NCBI GenBank assembly: GCA_030704615.1 | Contig: CM060731.1 | Coordinates: 88,288,001 to 88,352,000 of the forward strand | Reading direction: 5' to 3' | Source of the DNA: Takakia lepidozioides | Taxonomy: Eukaryota > Plantae > Bryophyta | Length of the DNA stretch: 64,000 nucleotides | Part shown: piece after piece, positions 11,156-24,475 of the stretch | How the letters are laid out: each line of letters begins with the position of its first letter | Position numbering within the stretch: the stretch's first letter is position 1 | Position numbers and translations under genes: made by a program | Notes under the pieces: model-generated | Database searches by the model: none | Told to the model about the DNA's origin: nothing | The model's input: only the letters and a program-made list of their open reading frames with translations

Positions 11156-14100
11156 TGTAGCAACCATGGGCCGTGAACCACGATATCACACGGCCACGAT
11201 AGCATCGGCTTTTACTAATAGAGGTTTAGTGAAGGACCGTGGACCGTGTACCACTATGGCACACGACCACTACCACTAGCCACTTTTTTAGCAAACGGTC
11301 ATTAACTTAGTTCATTAACGACTGCAGGCTGTAACGGCTCTTTCGAGCATAGTATAAAAGGGTTGCATGCAACTTAGAAGGTATCAGGGATCAGTGTGTA
11401 TCCAGTGGACTCAGAGTGATTCGATGTGTACCTCTGCTATGATGTGATGAACTCTGAAGTAAAGCCATGCTATTTCAAGTATCTCTGTGTAGAGTGAACG
11501 TGAGATGGAGAGAATGTGCATTATGAGAGAACATGAGATGGTGAGAATATGTATCATCTCAGAATAGCTCTTGTTTTGTCTTGACTACCATCTGACTGCA
11601 TAAACAACGAGGCTTCAGCCTTTCCGACTAAGATCTTTTAGACTAGTGAGACTGTAGGTTGGGCTTAATCAATAGGATTAAACAACCTGCAGAGATATTG
11701 ATTCATACGACGGCCATGGTTTAGCTATCCTTAAAACGATTACTCTGTAATCATTTCTGAAAGCATACCGTCGGACAACCTCTGTTGCATGTCTTGGGAA
11801 ATGGGCAATAGTGTTGAGAGCCTGTTTTGTCTAAGTCATAAACCAGCGGTTAACATTTGGCGACCATACTGGGGACTAACGGTATGTTGAGTTCAAGTGA
11901 ACTCAAGGAAGTATGGCTACTCAGTGATTTCTTGAAATCACAAAATAACGAGTCAACGGAAGCAGAGGAATGGAAAACATTCCTGATAAAATTTCATGGC
12001 TTACTAATAGCAATACAACAGAAGATCTTTCTTTCAATTGCGAAAGAAGATGACAAATGGGGATTAAAGGGAGGAGTGATCAGTATTACACGAGCACCTT
12101 GGGAATGTAGAATCAAAAGTGAAGAATGATTGTCTCGTCTAGCTTTATAAATTACTCTAATCCCAATCAGAAAAGTTTGCTACACTAGTTATATTTTCAG
12201 GAAGGATGTTCAAATTATGAATATTGTCATATGATCATAGAAGCAGTGGAGTATTGGATACCCAAAGACTTGTTACAAGTCAGATACACTGAGAAAGACA
12301 AATGGTATTATTGTGCCTATTAAAAGATTGGTGATCAATCAGTAAAGGAAAATTAAGTCGTGATACGGATTCTGGCAAGATAGTGTAAATCTTGGAGAAA
12401 GGGTAGAGACCACTATAATTTTCTTTACTGACATACCAAGGCTTATTAAAGGGTGATGAAAAGGAATTCAGTATATGATGTGGGAATGAATGAGGAAATT
12501 AAGGAAAAAGCTAAGCAAGACAGAGCTGAAAGAATAGAGAAATATGCTGCAGAAAGGGAAGCTCGGTTGAGAAAAGAGTTTCCGGAATTACAAAACTTGA
12601 ATATTATTCAAGGTGAGACATCTAGACAAATTGACAGTGATAAATCAGAAGATCAGGAAATCGGATCTTTGGAAAGTGAGAACACTACACCAGAAGGAGT
12701 TGCAAGTAATGCACTTGGCGAATGGATTCTCAAATCTTCTTCCAATATTTCAGCAAAACCTCGATTTGGACTTGTTACTGTAGGTCTTTTTCTTATGTCT
12801 GAGTGAAGAAGGTGAAAAAAGTGAAACTACTTCTCCAGAATGGATAACCAGGACTGCACTCAAAGCTTTTAAAGATTCATTAAGCTTAGTAGGGACAGCA
12901 GCTGGAAGACGACTATCATTAGGACAAGGACCTCCTAGTTGTGAATCATTGTTTGGAAGACAAACACCAACAACACCACTAGCCTTGACAATCCCAACAC
13001 CACCACAGCCAGCAGCAGCGGGACCATTCCAGTTTGGACAACCGGTTGCACTAGCAGCACCAGTTGTAACAGCAGCACCAATGGCTTTAGCAGCAAGCAA
13101 AACCAGACCGCCGTTTCCTTTATATGATGGGAAATCTGATCCGGATATCCATCTTAATCAATTTGAGAACATGTGCACCATTTACAATGAAGCAACAGAC
13201 CAGGAAAAGATCCGATTATTTCCTTGTTCAATGGCCAGAAAAGACATTGAATGGTTGGCAACCTTTCCAGCCAATCACTTTGCAAATTGGGCGGATATGA
13301 GAGCCGCATTTCAAGAACGATATAGATCCAACAAATCCACGTCTAAAATCTTCATAGGATTACAGAACCTGAGACAGAAAAAGAAAGAATTGGTAGTTGA
13401 CTACCTGGAGAGAATGAAGACTCTGATCAGGAAGCTACCTCAAGCACCGGGTGATGACTTGCAAAAATCATGGTTCATCAACGGACTTCATCCTGAATAT
13501 GTAACCATGGTTACAGTCATGCCTAACAACACTTTGGCTGAAGCAGTAGGAACTGCAAAGAAATTGGAATTGGGATTTCATCATAGCAGAAGTAAAGATT
13601 CCAGGATCCCTTGGAAAAAGAAGACTCTGATGATGAAGAAAAACCCAAGCAAAAGAAGAAAGAAGTGATTGACAAAACTACTTTGGATCAAAAGATAGCA
13701 GAGGCTATCAAGAATTTTAAAGATGAAGGGCCACAAAAGGCAACATGGTGTCACAAATGCGGGACTGCAGGACACTTGGCAAGAGAATGCCACATGAAAG
13801 ACAAATATTGTGATATTTTTCATATGAACAATCATAATACCAGCCATTGTATTTACAATCAACGAGCCAAGAAGAGTGGGTACACACGAGAGGTGGGGGT
13901 ACACCAAGTCCAAGTCCGACGGGGAGGATCGGATGGACCAAGACGATACAATATGGGTAATCGTTATCAGAGGCCACGAGATGACTATCCACCACGGGAT
14001 AGAGAACATCAACCCAGAAACAAAGAAATCACGAGATGTCACTATTGCAAGAAAGAGAGACACTGGAAACATGAATGCCAGTTGCGAATTAAGCATGAGG

Positions 14101-14795
14101 CAGAATTGTGAAATATGGAAGTCGGACCAAGTGTAGCCGTGAGTGTGGTAACTCCTGTAGTGGATACCCTTGCGGTAACCCGAACTCAGGCCAAGAAACA
14201 GAAACCTCCAGATAAGGAGATTGAAGAAGAACGAAAACAATATCTAGAAAGTGCAGCATGGCAGGAAGAAAAGAGCTTACACCAGGAGGTAAGCAAAGCC
14301 ATAGCTCAAATGCAAGAAGGAACCCATATACCTTCTGGAGAGCCAGCTCCAGATAATCAAATCAAACCAACGATGAAGACCACAAATGCAACCACGGAAA
14401 CAAAATTGGTTGAAGTAATCTGCCAGACCAAGACCCAAATTACCATTGGACAATTATTAAAAATTGCTCCACATTGCAAGAAAACTTTATTTCGGGCAAT
14501 TGAGGCATTGACCCCCACACCAAAACAAAAACCAACACCAGAGGTTTATACGATTAAACCCACAACTATACAACAAACTCTAGACTACGACGAAGCAATA
14601 CCAATAATACAAGTACGTATTGGACGGAAGCTGGTAACGGATGTACTCATCGATGGAGGATCCGGAGTGAATATCATGACAGAGAGGATGAAAAAGTCAC
14701 TAGGATTGGGGCACATGGAACTTGCTCCATTCACGGTACGAATGGCCGATCAACAAAAAGTGCAGCCATTGGGTATTATCAGACGACTCCACTTC
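11156..14795 (+). mobile_element. Gypsy family A 5' part: partial 5' LTR, PBS, extra 5' ORF, gag, protease; truncated
   Basis: LTR ends at 11855 and the PBS is tttggcgaccatactgggg (11856-11874). Gag shows YDGKSDPDIHL, LRQKKKE.V.DY and WFINGL with CCHC knuckles. The protease motif is VLIDGGSGVNIM. Confidence 0.9.
12949..14795 (+). pseudogene. gag (retrotransposon gag domain, 3 CCHC knuckles) and aspartic protease
   Basis: ORFs 12949-13668, 13611-14111 and 14115-~14795, with a frameshift and a stop. Confidence 0.85.
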
Positions 14796-14803
14796 TTTTC
14801 CGG

Positions 14804-15290
14804 TCAGAAGGAGTCACCCTCCCGCCGGGTCTTCTTGTGGTTCAGCTCCGTACGGCCTTGTCTTTCGCCCCTAGAGACATCCGAGAAACATTCAGCCCTC
14901 TCAATTGTCTCGTTCAAAGTCTTAGGTGGCTTCTCCTCCAACTTCCGCCTGGCCCATGGGGCCAGTCCCGCCACAAAGTTGAAGACCATTTCTGGTTCTG
15001 CCATGTCCACAACTTTGAGCAACAGCACATTGAAAGCCTGAACATATCCCCGAATGTCATCCGTTTGCTTCAGATTCCTCATCTTGTCCCGGGCGAGCCA
15101 AGACGCGTTGAGGGGCACAAACTGTCTCTTCATCAGTTCCTTGAACCCACTCCAGTACAAGGTTTCCGGGTTTGGACCTCGACAGTGAAGGTGCTTCTGC
15201 CACCATTGTTGAGCATAGCCCCTCAAATAGGTGGGAGCCACTTCCACCCGATCCTCGTCACTCAACTTGGCCGCCCGGAAGTACTGCTCT
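14804..15290 (-). pseudogene. Fragment of an unrelated retrotransposon gag
   Basis: APTYLRGYAQQWW...WSGFKELMKRQFVP...LKQTDDIRGYV..F...FVAGL. Confidence 0.8.
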
Positions 15291-15299
15291 AGCTCGACA

Positions 15300-16910
15300 A
15301 CTCACGGAAAAACCAAAAACCCCCGAAAAAATTCTCCCAAAAAAATTAACCAAAAAAATTTCAACCCAAAAAACTTTCAAGGCGAAGAAGCCTTGGCGGT
15401 AAGGTGGTGTGTGTGCAGGTGGTGGGGATTAAGGTGTCATCAACGACATCTTAATTCCCAGTACGTGTTGCCACATGACAATTCACGGAAAAACCAACAA
15501 CCCCAAAACAATTCACCCGAAAAAAAATTCACCCAAAAGATAAATGGATGTATTCATTACATTGAACAAAGTGGAGTCATTGGCAAAGAATTGAACTCCT
15601 TCACAACACCTCACATTTCAGTAATCCTATCTCGCTGCAAAAATGTATGAACGTCAGTGGGACCCATTGTATATTGGTGAATGCATGTGTCTCGGTAAGG
15701 ATCACAAAACATCATGTGAATGTAGATGTAGTATAGGTGTTTGCATGGGACAAATTTGGGTCTCTTTCCAATAAAGTTTGATAACGTGTTCTGGAAGTCC
15801 GGGCATGTGCAATTTGGAAAATTCCCAACAGTTATCTCATAAGTCCCGTCATGAACAATAGAACCCAATGTCACCATACTGTACACCCGCCCATAGCCTG
15901 GAGGGGGGACATTGACAACTTGGGTCACCCGACACTGCAGGGTTCTTGCTGACTCAATTTTGCACTGGTTTTCGGGACCTGCCTCAACACGACGGACCAC
16001 TTTTCCATTTCGTTTCGTAAGCCGGTCATTCCCATATGGTGGACGTGGGGGGGAATGCGGATTGCGAACCCCGACATGAAACTGGTGTTATGACAATTGG
16101 GCTTCTTGGAAGACGAAACCCGACATCCTCCAGCATCTCAATTTCTTGCTTCGACAGACATGTTCCCACCTTCACTGGCCACATGGTTGGAATTTGAGGC
16201 TTAGTGATGACTGAATCCCGAAAGTCCCCATCACACAACGATGAATGTCATCAGGGCAAAACCATAACTTGTGAGGCCTGGACTCCCGGGATGAAATATT
16301 GGCCTGATGAATGAACCGTGGATGACTGCTACAACATTTATCCTTACCGATCAGCATGTACGCAGGGAAACATGCATTAAGCTGTCCTCAACGCAGCTTA
16401 ATTCGCAGCCTCTGTTAGCACATGACAATTCAACCCATGAAAGAAAGAAATGATTCCAAAAAACCTTACCAATAAGCATTTTTGTGCAGGGAAACAAACA
16501 TTAAGGTGGCGTCAATGCTAGCTTAATTCCGAGCCCCTGTTGGCACATGACAATTCAACCTAGGGAAAAAAAAACCTAAGCGGTAAGCATGTGTGTGCAG
16601 GGGCTTGGGATTAAGGTGTCATCAACACCATCTTAATTCCCAGCAAGTTTTCAAAAAAAAAAAAAAAAAAAAAAACGGGTTTTTTTTCCCCTCCCCCCCA
16701 ATGTGCCAGATTAAGGTGTCGTCAACGACATCTTAATTCCCAGTATGAGTTGGCACATGAAAATTCTTGGAAAAACCAAAAACCCCAAAAAAATCACCCA
16801 AAAAAATTCAACCCAAAAATATCTGATGGGGAACAATCTTGGTGGTAAGGCGGTGTGTGTGCAGGTGCTGGGGATTAAGGTGTCGTCAACGACATCTTAA
16901 TTCCCAGTAT
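15300..16910 (-). mobile_element. SWIM zinc-finger-containing DNA transposon fragment with palindromic repeats
   Basis: ORF 15611-16000 contains YEITVGNFPNCTCPDF...PCKHLYY (CxCxnCxH SWIM). It is flanked by hairpin repeats ggattaaggtgtcgtcaacgacatcttaattcc. Confidence 0.65.
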
Positions 16911-17245
16911 GTGTTTTGAAATGTTTATTTATAAAGCACGAGTTCACCTCTCTGCCTTCTTTAGATTTCCTCTCTCTCAACCTTGGATACCTGGAAAAAT
17001 GACAAGTAACCCCTCCTCAATCAACAAAGCAATGTGGATTCATTGTTGACAATATACACTGCACTTTCACAATTGATTTGCAAGCCAGACTAGCATGGTT
17101 TAAAGGATTTCGGAGCTCGGGGGATTTCGGAGCTACTACCACAAAACAACTTTGTATTATTTCATTCATCCATGTCTCATTCATCATACATACATTCATT
17201 CGCCATTCATCCCTCATTCATCCCAGGAACATCCATAACCGAGCT

Positions 17246-18200
17246 TGTAATACTGGCCACTCTGCGAAGTAATAGGTCTTCTAAGTCGAGTAGGTGTCCA
17301 CAGTTACAGGTGGGCAGATCCTGAAGCGTGAGCGGATTTCTACTCACGGAATTTTCTGCTCGTGGGATCTGCTCACAGAATAGCATCCCCCAGGGAAGCA
17401 TAGGCTTCGCTAGGCTAAGTAGTGAGTGGTCGTGGACTTTATACCACTATGACACACGACCACGAGCCACTACCACAGGCCATTTTTTTGTCAACCCTTT
17501 CAGGTTGCATAGGCAGTTAGACAACGGTCATTAACGACCGCAGGCTATAAACGGCTCTTTCGAGCAATAATATAAAAGGACTACACGCAACTTGGGAAGT
17601 ATCAGGGTGTGATCAGAGCGATCCACTATGTATTTGTGCTATGATGCGATGACTCTGAAGTAAAGCAATGGTCTCCCAATACTTATGTGTAGAGAGAACG
17701 TGAGATAAAGAGAACGTGCATGATGCGACAACGTGAGATAGAGAGAATGTGCACTATCTCTGAATGGATCTTAGTTGCAGTAGCACAATAGTGTACTACC
17801 TTGCTGTATGCACAGTTAGGACTTAGTCGCAACTATGGTAATATAGCTTCGCCTAAGCTCCTATCACTAGTTATTAGTGGAATGCAGGCTGTGACCAGTC
17901 CAAGGACTTAAGCATTAACATGGAGATTGATTCGTGGATTTCGTGTTCCAGCCACCACTAACGATTACTACGTAATCGTTCGGCAGACATACCGTCGGAC
18001 AACCTCTGTTAAGTGCCTTGGGAAATAGGCCACATCGTTGGAAGCCCATTTTGCTTAAGTTAGAAACCAGCGGTTAACATTTGGCGACCATATAAGGGAC
18101 TAATGGTATGTTGAGTTCCAGTGAACTCAAGGAATGATGGCTACTAGGTGATTTCTTGAAATCGCGGGAGAACGAATCGGCAGAAGCAAAAGAATGGAAG
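17246..18200 (+). mobile_element. Diverged family-A-related LTR, PBS and ~120 bp of internal sequence (truncated)
   Basis: Ends ...accagcggttaaca at 18079, followed by PBS tttggcgaccatataaggg. The TG start at 17246 is inferred from LTR length. Confidence 0.75.
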
Positions 18201-19198
18201 CAAAGTTCAACGATGGGGAAGGGGTGGACCACGCAGGCACACCCGCCCAGGGTGCAATCAACTCCCAGACCTTTTCTATTACTTGACAAACCCTTATTCT
18301 CAAAACTATCTAAACTCTGAAGGGACCGATGTAGGCCCCCACATAAAGTCTGCCCTGGATAAATGTTACATCTATAAACGTTAGATTACCATAAATGTTA
18401 AGAAACTCCCTTACGTGTGCACACTAGCAAACGTTATTTTTTTTATAAAACAAATTACTTTTTAAAGTATTATTTGTTAACAAATGTTTATTCCCCTCTT
18501 CATTGATTTGCCATAAATAAATGTTAAATGCCCCTCAAAGGCCACCCTCAAGCTAGCTTGAGATAAGCTCCAGTTAGGCTAAGATAAGATTACATGCTAA
18601 AATATAACCAATCATAGGATCAGAAGGTAATCATGTAGTAGTAACCTAATTAGAAGCTAATACAATACAGCAGAATATATGTTTAGCATTTCTAGACTTG
18701 AGATGAAGGTTGTTTTTTAGAGATAGGATTTATATGATAGTTGTACATGCATTAGATGTGTCATGGTTTTAGTCATGCTTAGTTAGAAATAGTTAATTAT
18801 AGCTAATTAGGACTTTATACATTTATATTTATATTTTATTGGTATTGGGACTTTATTTGGTTCTATGTGCCAAGTGAAGTTACGAATCTCACTTGGTACA
18901 TGGAGAGGCTTATCTCCACGTGAGCCTCAGTAAGGCTCATCTTCTTGTGAGCCTCCATGAACCTCTCTCACTTCCATAGCTCTAGGTATTGAGAGGGAGT
19001 GTATTGAGAGCTTTGTAGGGTGGATTCCTTTAGCAAAGGTGCCATTGGCTTGACTTAGATTATGTGATAGAGTGGATTTTCACTTGGAAGGACTAGGGTT
19101 TGCTCTTAGCGTGATTGCTTTCATGCTTGGAATGTTTTCATTGTCTTCCACTTCTTTCATTTCTCATTGTAGCTTTCTAGGATTGTGTGCTAGGAAGT

Positions 19199-22100
19199 TA
19201 TTGTAAAATACTACAACACTTGGAACACGAGTTAACGGGAATCACTGTCACACAGGGAAGCGAGAACTTTTACTGATCTGCCAGAGCACTTCATCTGTGC
19301 ATGCAAGCTTGTGTGCACAACTGCATGTATTACACAAGCATTAGTGGGACTACATATACTATCAGATGCCAGAGACAAAGGCTAGATTGAACTTAAGCTA
19401 GAAACTCAATCAAGAGAGTGGCAATCCTATTTGTCCATACATTGAGTGGTCAAGAGAAGCGGTCAAGGCCGTTTCACTGGCCGCAGTCTATCTAGCCCGT
19501 AGGTCTAGTCTACGTAGGCACAGATCCCACTCATTAATCCAACATTCCCACTCATCGAGACTCCTCGGGAGCGAGATGTAGAGACTAATATGCTCCCACT
19601 TATCATCAAATCTCTTCGTTCCCTGGATCAACTGTCGAAACATGACGAATCAAACCGAGCATGTGTCGAAGTTTTTGAAAACGGTCTGCAGGGAGGGCCT
19701 TAGTAAAAATATCAACAACCTGGTCAGTTGTGTTGACGTAGAGCATGTCAATAGTTCCTTTTCTTTGTTGCTCACGGAGAACATGGAATTGCACGTCTAC
19801 GTGCTTAGTACGACGATGATTCTCCGGATTGTGTACCAGTCTGATACTAGCCTGATTGTCACTATACAACCTTTGTGCTAGTTTCCTGCGAGAATCCCAG
19901 ATCGTGAAGCAGACGTTGGATCCATATGATCTCTTTGGTTGTGACATTTGTGGCAATATATTTTGCCTCTATGGTGGAGCTGGCCGTGCATGTCTGCTTC
20001 TAACTCCCCCAAACAAGGGGTCCTTGATTCAACATGAGAACACAACCTGATCTTGATTTCCTGTCAGTGATATCCCCAGCATAGTCTGAGTCAGAGTATG
20101 CTTCCAAGGTGTTGTTGTTGGCTCCTCCATTGTAGCATAGACTGTAGTGAATGGTGCCACACAAATAACGAAAGATTCTCTTAACGGAAGTATAATGCAT
20201 GTGTTGTGGCTTGCCTGTAAATTTGGCTACCATGCTCACAACATAGGAAAGATCTGGCCATGTGCCCATCTGCAAGAACATCAAGCTTCCAACAGCTTCG
20301 GAATATGGGAAATCAGTCTCAACTTGCTCCTCATCGCTCCTACGCCCGTCAAGGTGGACATTTGGATCTGCAGGGGTCGATACTGGTGTTGCGTTCTCAA
20401 AGCCATATCGCTTCAAGATGCTTATGACGTACCTAGCTTGGTCAATCCAAAGGATCCGTAGATGCCTATCTCGGATTATGTGTAGACCTACATATACATC
20501 CGCATCGCTCACAGTGACCTCAAATTCGTTCCTCATGAACTCAATCATGTCCCTCATCCGAACAGTGTTAAGGCTACATACAAGGCCGTCATCCACAAAT
20601 ATCGTGGTTATCATAAGCGGTGCCTTCTTGTTGGAATACACACAGGGATCAGCAGTAGTGGGCTCTAGATCGTACTCAAAAAGGAACTCGTTGAATCGTT
20701 TGTTCCAAACTCTAGAAGCTTGTTTCAGCCCGTAGAGGCTTTTCTTGAGCATACACACCTTCAACTCCTATCCCTCTACCAAAAAACCTTCTGCCTGCTC
20801 CATATAAATCTCTTCCTCCAAATTCCCATACAAAAAGGCCATTTTTATGTCGAACTGGATGATGTGCATATCTTGTTGTGCGGCTATGGACAAGACTGTG
20901 CGGATTGAATCATACCTGACTACAGGAGAGAACGTCTCCTCATAGTCAATCCCATAGTGCTGCGAATAGCCCTTTGCCACCAATCGTGCTTTGTACCTCG
21001 CAATTGAGCCATCTGACCTGGTTTTCACCTTGAAGACCCACTTAGATTTGATTGCTTTCTACCAAGTGGCAGGTCAGCAAGCACCCAAGCATTATTCTTC
21101 AGCAGTGATTTGTACTCATCCACCATTGCTTCCTTCCACTCTTTGCATTGCTGACCACATATTGTTTCTTCATAGTTTCTTGGTTCGTCAGGGATGTCTT
21201 TCGACGCAGCAATTCCAACAAAGGAGTTGAGGTTGCTCATATAGTAATCGTTGAACTTTGCTGGAGTTCGACGTGTCCTCCTCAAAGAGCTGCGATCGAG
21301 TAACTCACTATGCTCCTCATGCTGAGATGCCACTGCAACTTCCGCCACAACTTCCTGCTCAACCAAAGCGGGTCCACCATCTTGGGCTACTGGATTCTCT
21401 TCTGCTACAGGCGTCACAAAATTATTGTGCCCATCAGTGGGCTCCACCTTTTCCAACTCGTAATGGAAAATTGGTGCATCGCTTCCCTGATTTTGTTTTG
21501 AGCCCAACTCGTAAAAGAGAACGTCCCTGCTCACAATGATTCTTTTCTTCTGTGGGCTCCACACTCTATATCCTTTAGTATTTTCACTGTACCCTACAAA
21601 AATACCTTTGATGCTCTTTGGGTCGAGCTTCTGTCGTAGCTGTTTAGGTACATGTGGGTAGGCCGGACAACCAAAGATGCGCAAGTGGTTGACACATGGT
21701 CTCTCTCCTGTCCACAATTCGTGCGGAGTCTTTTCTCCATGGACTCTCGTCCCTGAGCGATTGAGCAAGTAGACTGCTGTCTATGTGGCCTCTCCCCAAA
21801 ACTCAAGCCCTAGGCTACGTGCATGAAGCATACTGCGAACACATTCTACAATGGTCCAATTATCTCTCTCACAAGCCCCATTTTGCTCTAGTGTATAAGG
21901 GGCAGTGACTTCGTGCCGAATCCCTCTTTCTTCTAGGTGCTTCTTAAAGTCTTCACCCATGTACTCTCCACCTCTATCGCTACGGAGTTTCTTGATAGAG
22001 TTACTTGTCTCTCTTAGAGTCTCCGCTTGGAGTCTCCTAAAGCACTCGAAGACATCAAATTTCTTCTTGACACAATAAACCACCCTATATCCACTAAAGT

Positions 22101-24114
22101 CATCTTTGAATAAGACAAAATAGTGAGATCCACCAAGGGAAGAACGCTCATGGGGCCACATACATCCGAATGAAAAAAAGTCACCGAGCTTATCAGCTCG
22201 TTTTTTGTCTGAGTTGACTGGAAAAGGCTTTCGAGAATTTTTGCCGAAGGCGCACCCCTCACAAAAATCTCCTTCTTTTATGGCAGTCATATCGAGTCCT
22301 GTCACAGTGCACTCTCTTGCCATCTGAATCAGCATGGTGTTGTTGACGTGGCCGAATCTCTCATGCCACAGCTTGAGTGTTCCAATGGCGGTAACAACAC
22401 TCTCATCAACTGCATAAGTGTACGTAGGTGGATTGATCACCTTCAATTGTAGATGGTACAACTTTCCTCTTCGAATTCCTGTCATGACCACTTGACCATG
22501 ACCTTCTTCGCTAATGAGCAAACACCTCTCTCGCTTATATGGCAAAGCCTCTATCTGCAGCCTTTTTCTTCAATTAAGGAACAAACAATATATCCCGTAG
22601 TGTTGCCTCCTCCCATTTGTTTCCAACAAGACACTGTACTTTGATATCACCAACTCCTTCAACCCACAGCTTACGGTTGTCTGCAACAAATACAAGCCAT
22701 GTTCCTGACGCAACAGGCTTCATGCTCTCAAACCAACTCCTCTTGTCTGTCATGTGCTCGCTAGCACCTCTGATATGCATACCACACGTCTTCCAGCTTG
22801 GAATCGGCTGTAGGGTCATCTGTGACCGTCACAAACACATCACTTTCACCTAGTGAGACATTTGCCTCACTTTGTTTCCCATCAAATTTTCTCTTGGGGC
22901 ATTCCCTCTCCCAATGTCCTTTCTCCCCACACAAGTTACACCGAGTCTTCTTTTTGAGCTCTGCGATCTTCTCGGCTCTCTTCTTCCTCTCTTCAAAAGT
23001 GAGCCTCCTAGTACTCCCAGATCCACCTCCATTATTGCTAATAAAGAAGACCTTGTCATTCCCATGTTCAATTTGATTGTGTGACTTGTTCAAAGTCTCC
23101 TCTTTCAGAAGCCTGATCGTCAGGTTCTCAATCGTCTGTAGTGGGGCAGGGAGACTATCCCAAGCTGAGATCAAGTGTCTGAAAGTCGGTGGCAAACTAT
23201 AGATGATCTTGGTGATGACAGTCCTCTCTGATGTATTCTCTCCAAGGTCAGTAAGTTGTCTTGCCATTGCTTCAATTGCACTCACGTGACTGGCAATATC
23301 GTCTCCCGGCTTCATGCGGTACTCAAAAAATCGTTGCTGGAGAATATGCAGATTCTCCTCAGCGCTCTGCTCATGAATGGTGACTAATCTCTTGCACATC
23401 TGGCTCGAGGTTTCACAATTAATGAGCTGCTGCAAATGCTTCTTGTCAATGGCCGCACATATCAACATCATGGCCACATTGTCCCTGTCTATCCAATCCT
23501 CTGGCTCCTCGGCATCCTCTCTTCTCTCATTACCATTGACAATCTCGGGTAATTTCTTTGCTCTCAACATAACTACCATCTAGAACTTCCAAAGTTGGAA
23601 GTTCTCTCCTGAGAACTTGTCTATGTTACCAAGGTCCTTGAGATCATTTCTAGCACTCATGATACACAAATAAATATGAAAGAGAATCTAGTTACAATGA
23701 ACCAAGAGTGCTACTAGACGAACGAACGATGAACTATGCAGCGACAACACTACAGTGGGCCCATAACCTATTGTAAAATACTACAGCACTTGGAACACGA
23801 GTTAACGGGAATCACTGTCACACAGGGAAGCGAGAGCTTTTACTGATCTGCCAGAGCACTTCATCTGTGCATGCAAGCTTGTGTGCACAACTGCATGTGT
23901 TACACAAGCATTAGTGGGACTACATATACTATCAGATGCCAGAGACAAAGGCTAGATTGAACTTAAGCTAGAAACTCAATCAAGAGAGTGGCAATCCAAT
24001 TTGTCCATGCATTGAGTGGTCAAAAGAAGCGGTCAAGGCCGTTTCACTGGTCGCAGTCTATCTAGCCCGTAGGTCTAGTCTATGCAGGCACTGATCCCAC
24101 TCATTAATCCAACA
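19199..24114 (-). mobile_element. Complete Ty1/Copia LTR retrotransposon (4916 bp), decayed polyprotein
   Basis: 346-bp LTRs at 19199-19544 and 23769-24114 (about 10 mismatches by eye), TSD GAAGT (19194-19198, 24115-24119), and domain order gag-PR-INT-RT-RH. Confidence 0.97.
19606..23660 (-). pseudogene. Copia gag-pol polyprotein with frameshifts and stops
   Basis: [70 protein letters not shown] and RTKHVDVQFH. Confidence 0.95.
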
Positions 24115-24475
24115 GAAGTGTGGTCGCACAACGATGTATATTGTGGCACGATGCTTGGGTGCACAAGAGATGTTTTGCAAGTATATGGTATTGAGATTGT
24201 GCCTCCAATTGTTCATGTAAAAAAATGGATGTTGTATATATGTGTCATTTTGTAAATGTTAATGTAAAAAAAAATGTCTTTTATTACTTTCTCCGTTAAT
24301 GTGTTAACCTTGTCTAAATGTTATTTTTTTCTACTCCCCACGTTAACATTTATCCAGGGCAGAGAGATTGTAGATGCCCACTGAAGACCCATCATGCCCT
24401 AGCTAATAATTCCAAATATCGCAGAATCGAGATGTGGGTTGTCATATCCACGTGCTAAGCTAGGTGCTGTCCTCC

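Larger units (their letters stand above)
18349..24363. mobile_element. Non-autonomous TIR element (~1.1 kb) split by the Copia insertion
   Basis: 20-bp TIR tctgccctggataaatgtta (18349-18368) / taacatttatccagggcaga (24344-24363), with subterminal aaatgtta repeats. No clear TSD. Confidence 0.7.

Noticed and set aside
15420-16910. CRISPR-like array of 34-bp palindromic repeats
   Set aside because: The spacers are irregular, low-complexity and similar to each other. There are no cas genes and the context is a eukaryotic TE.
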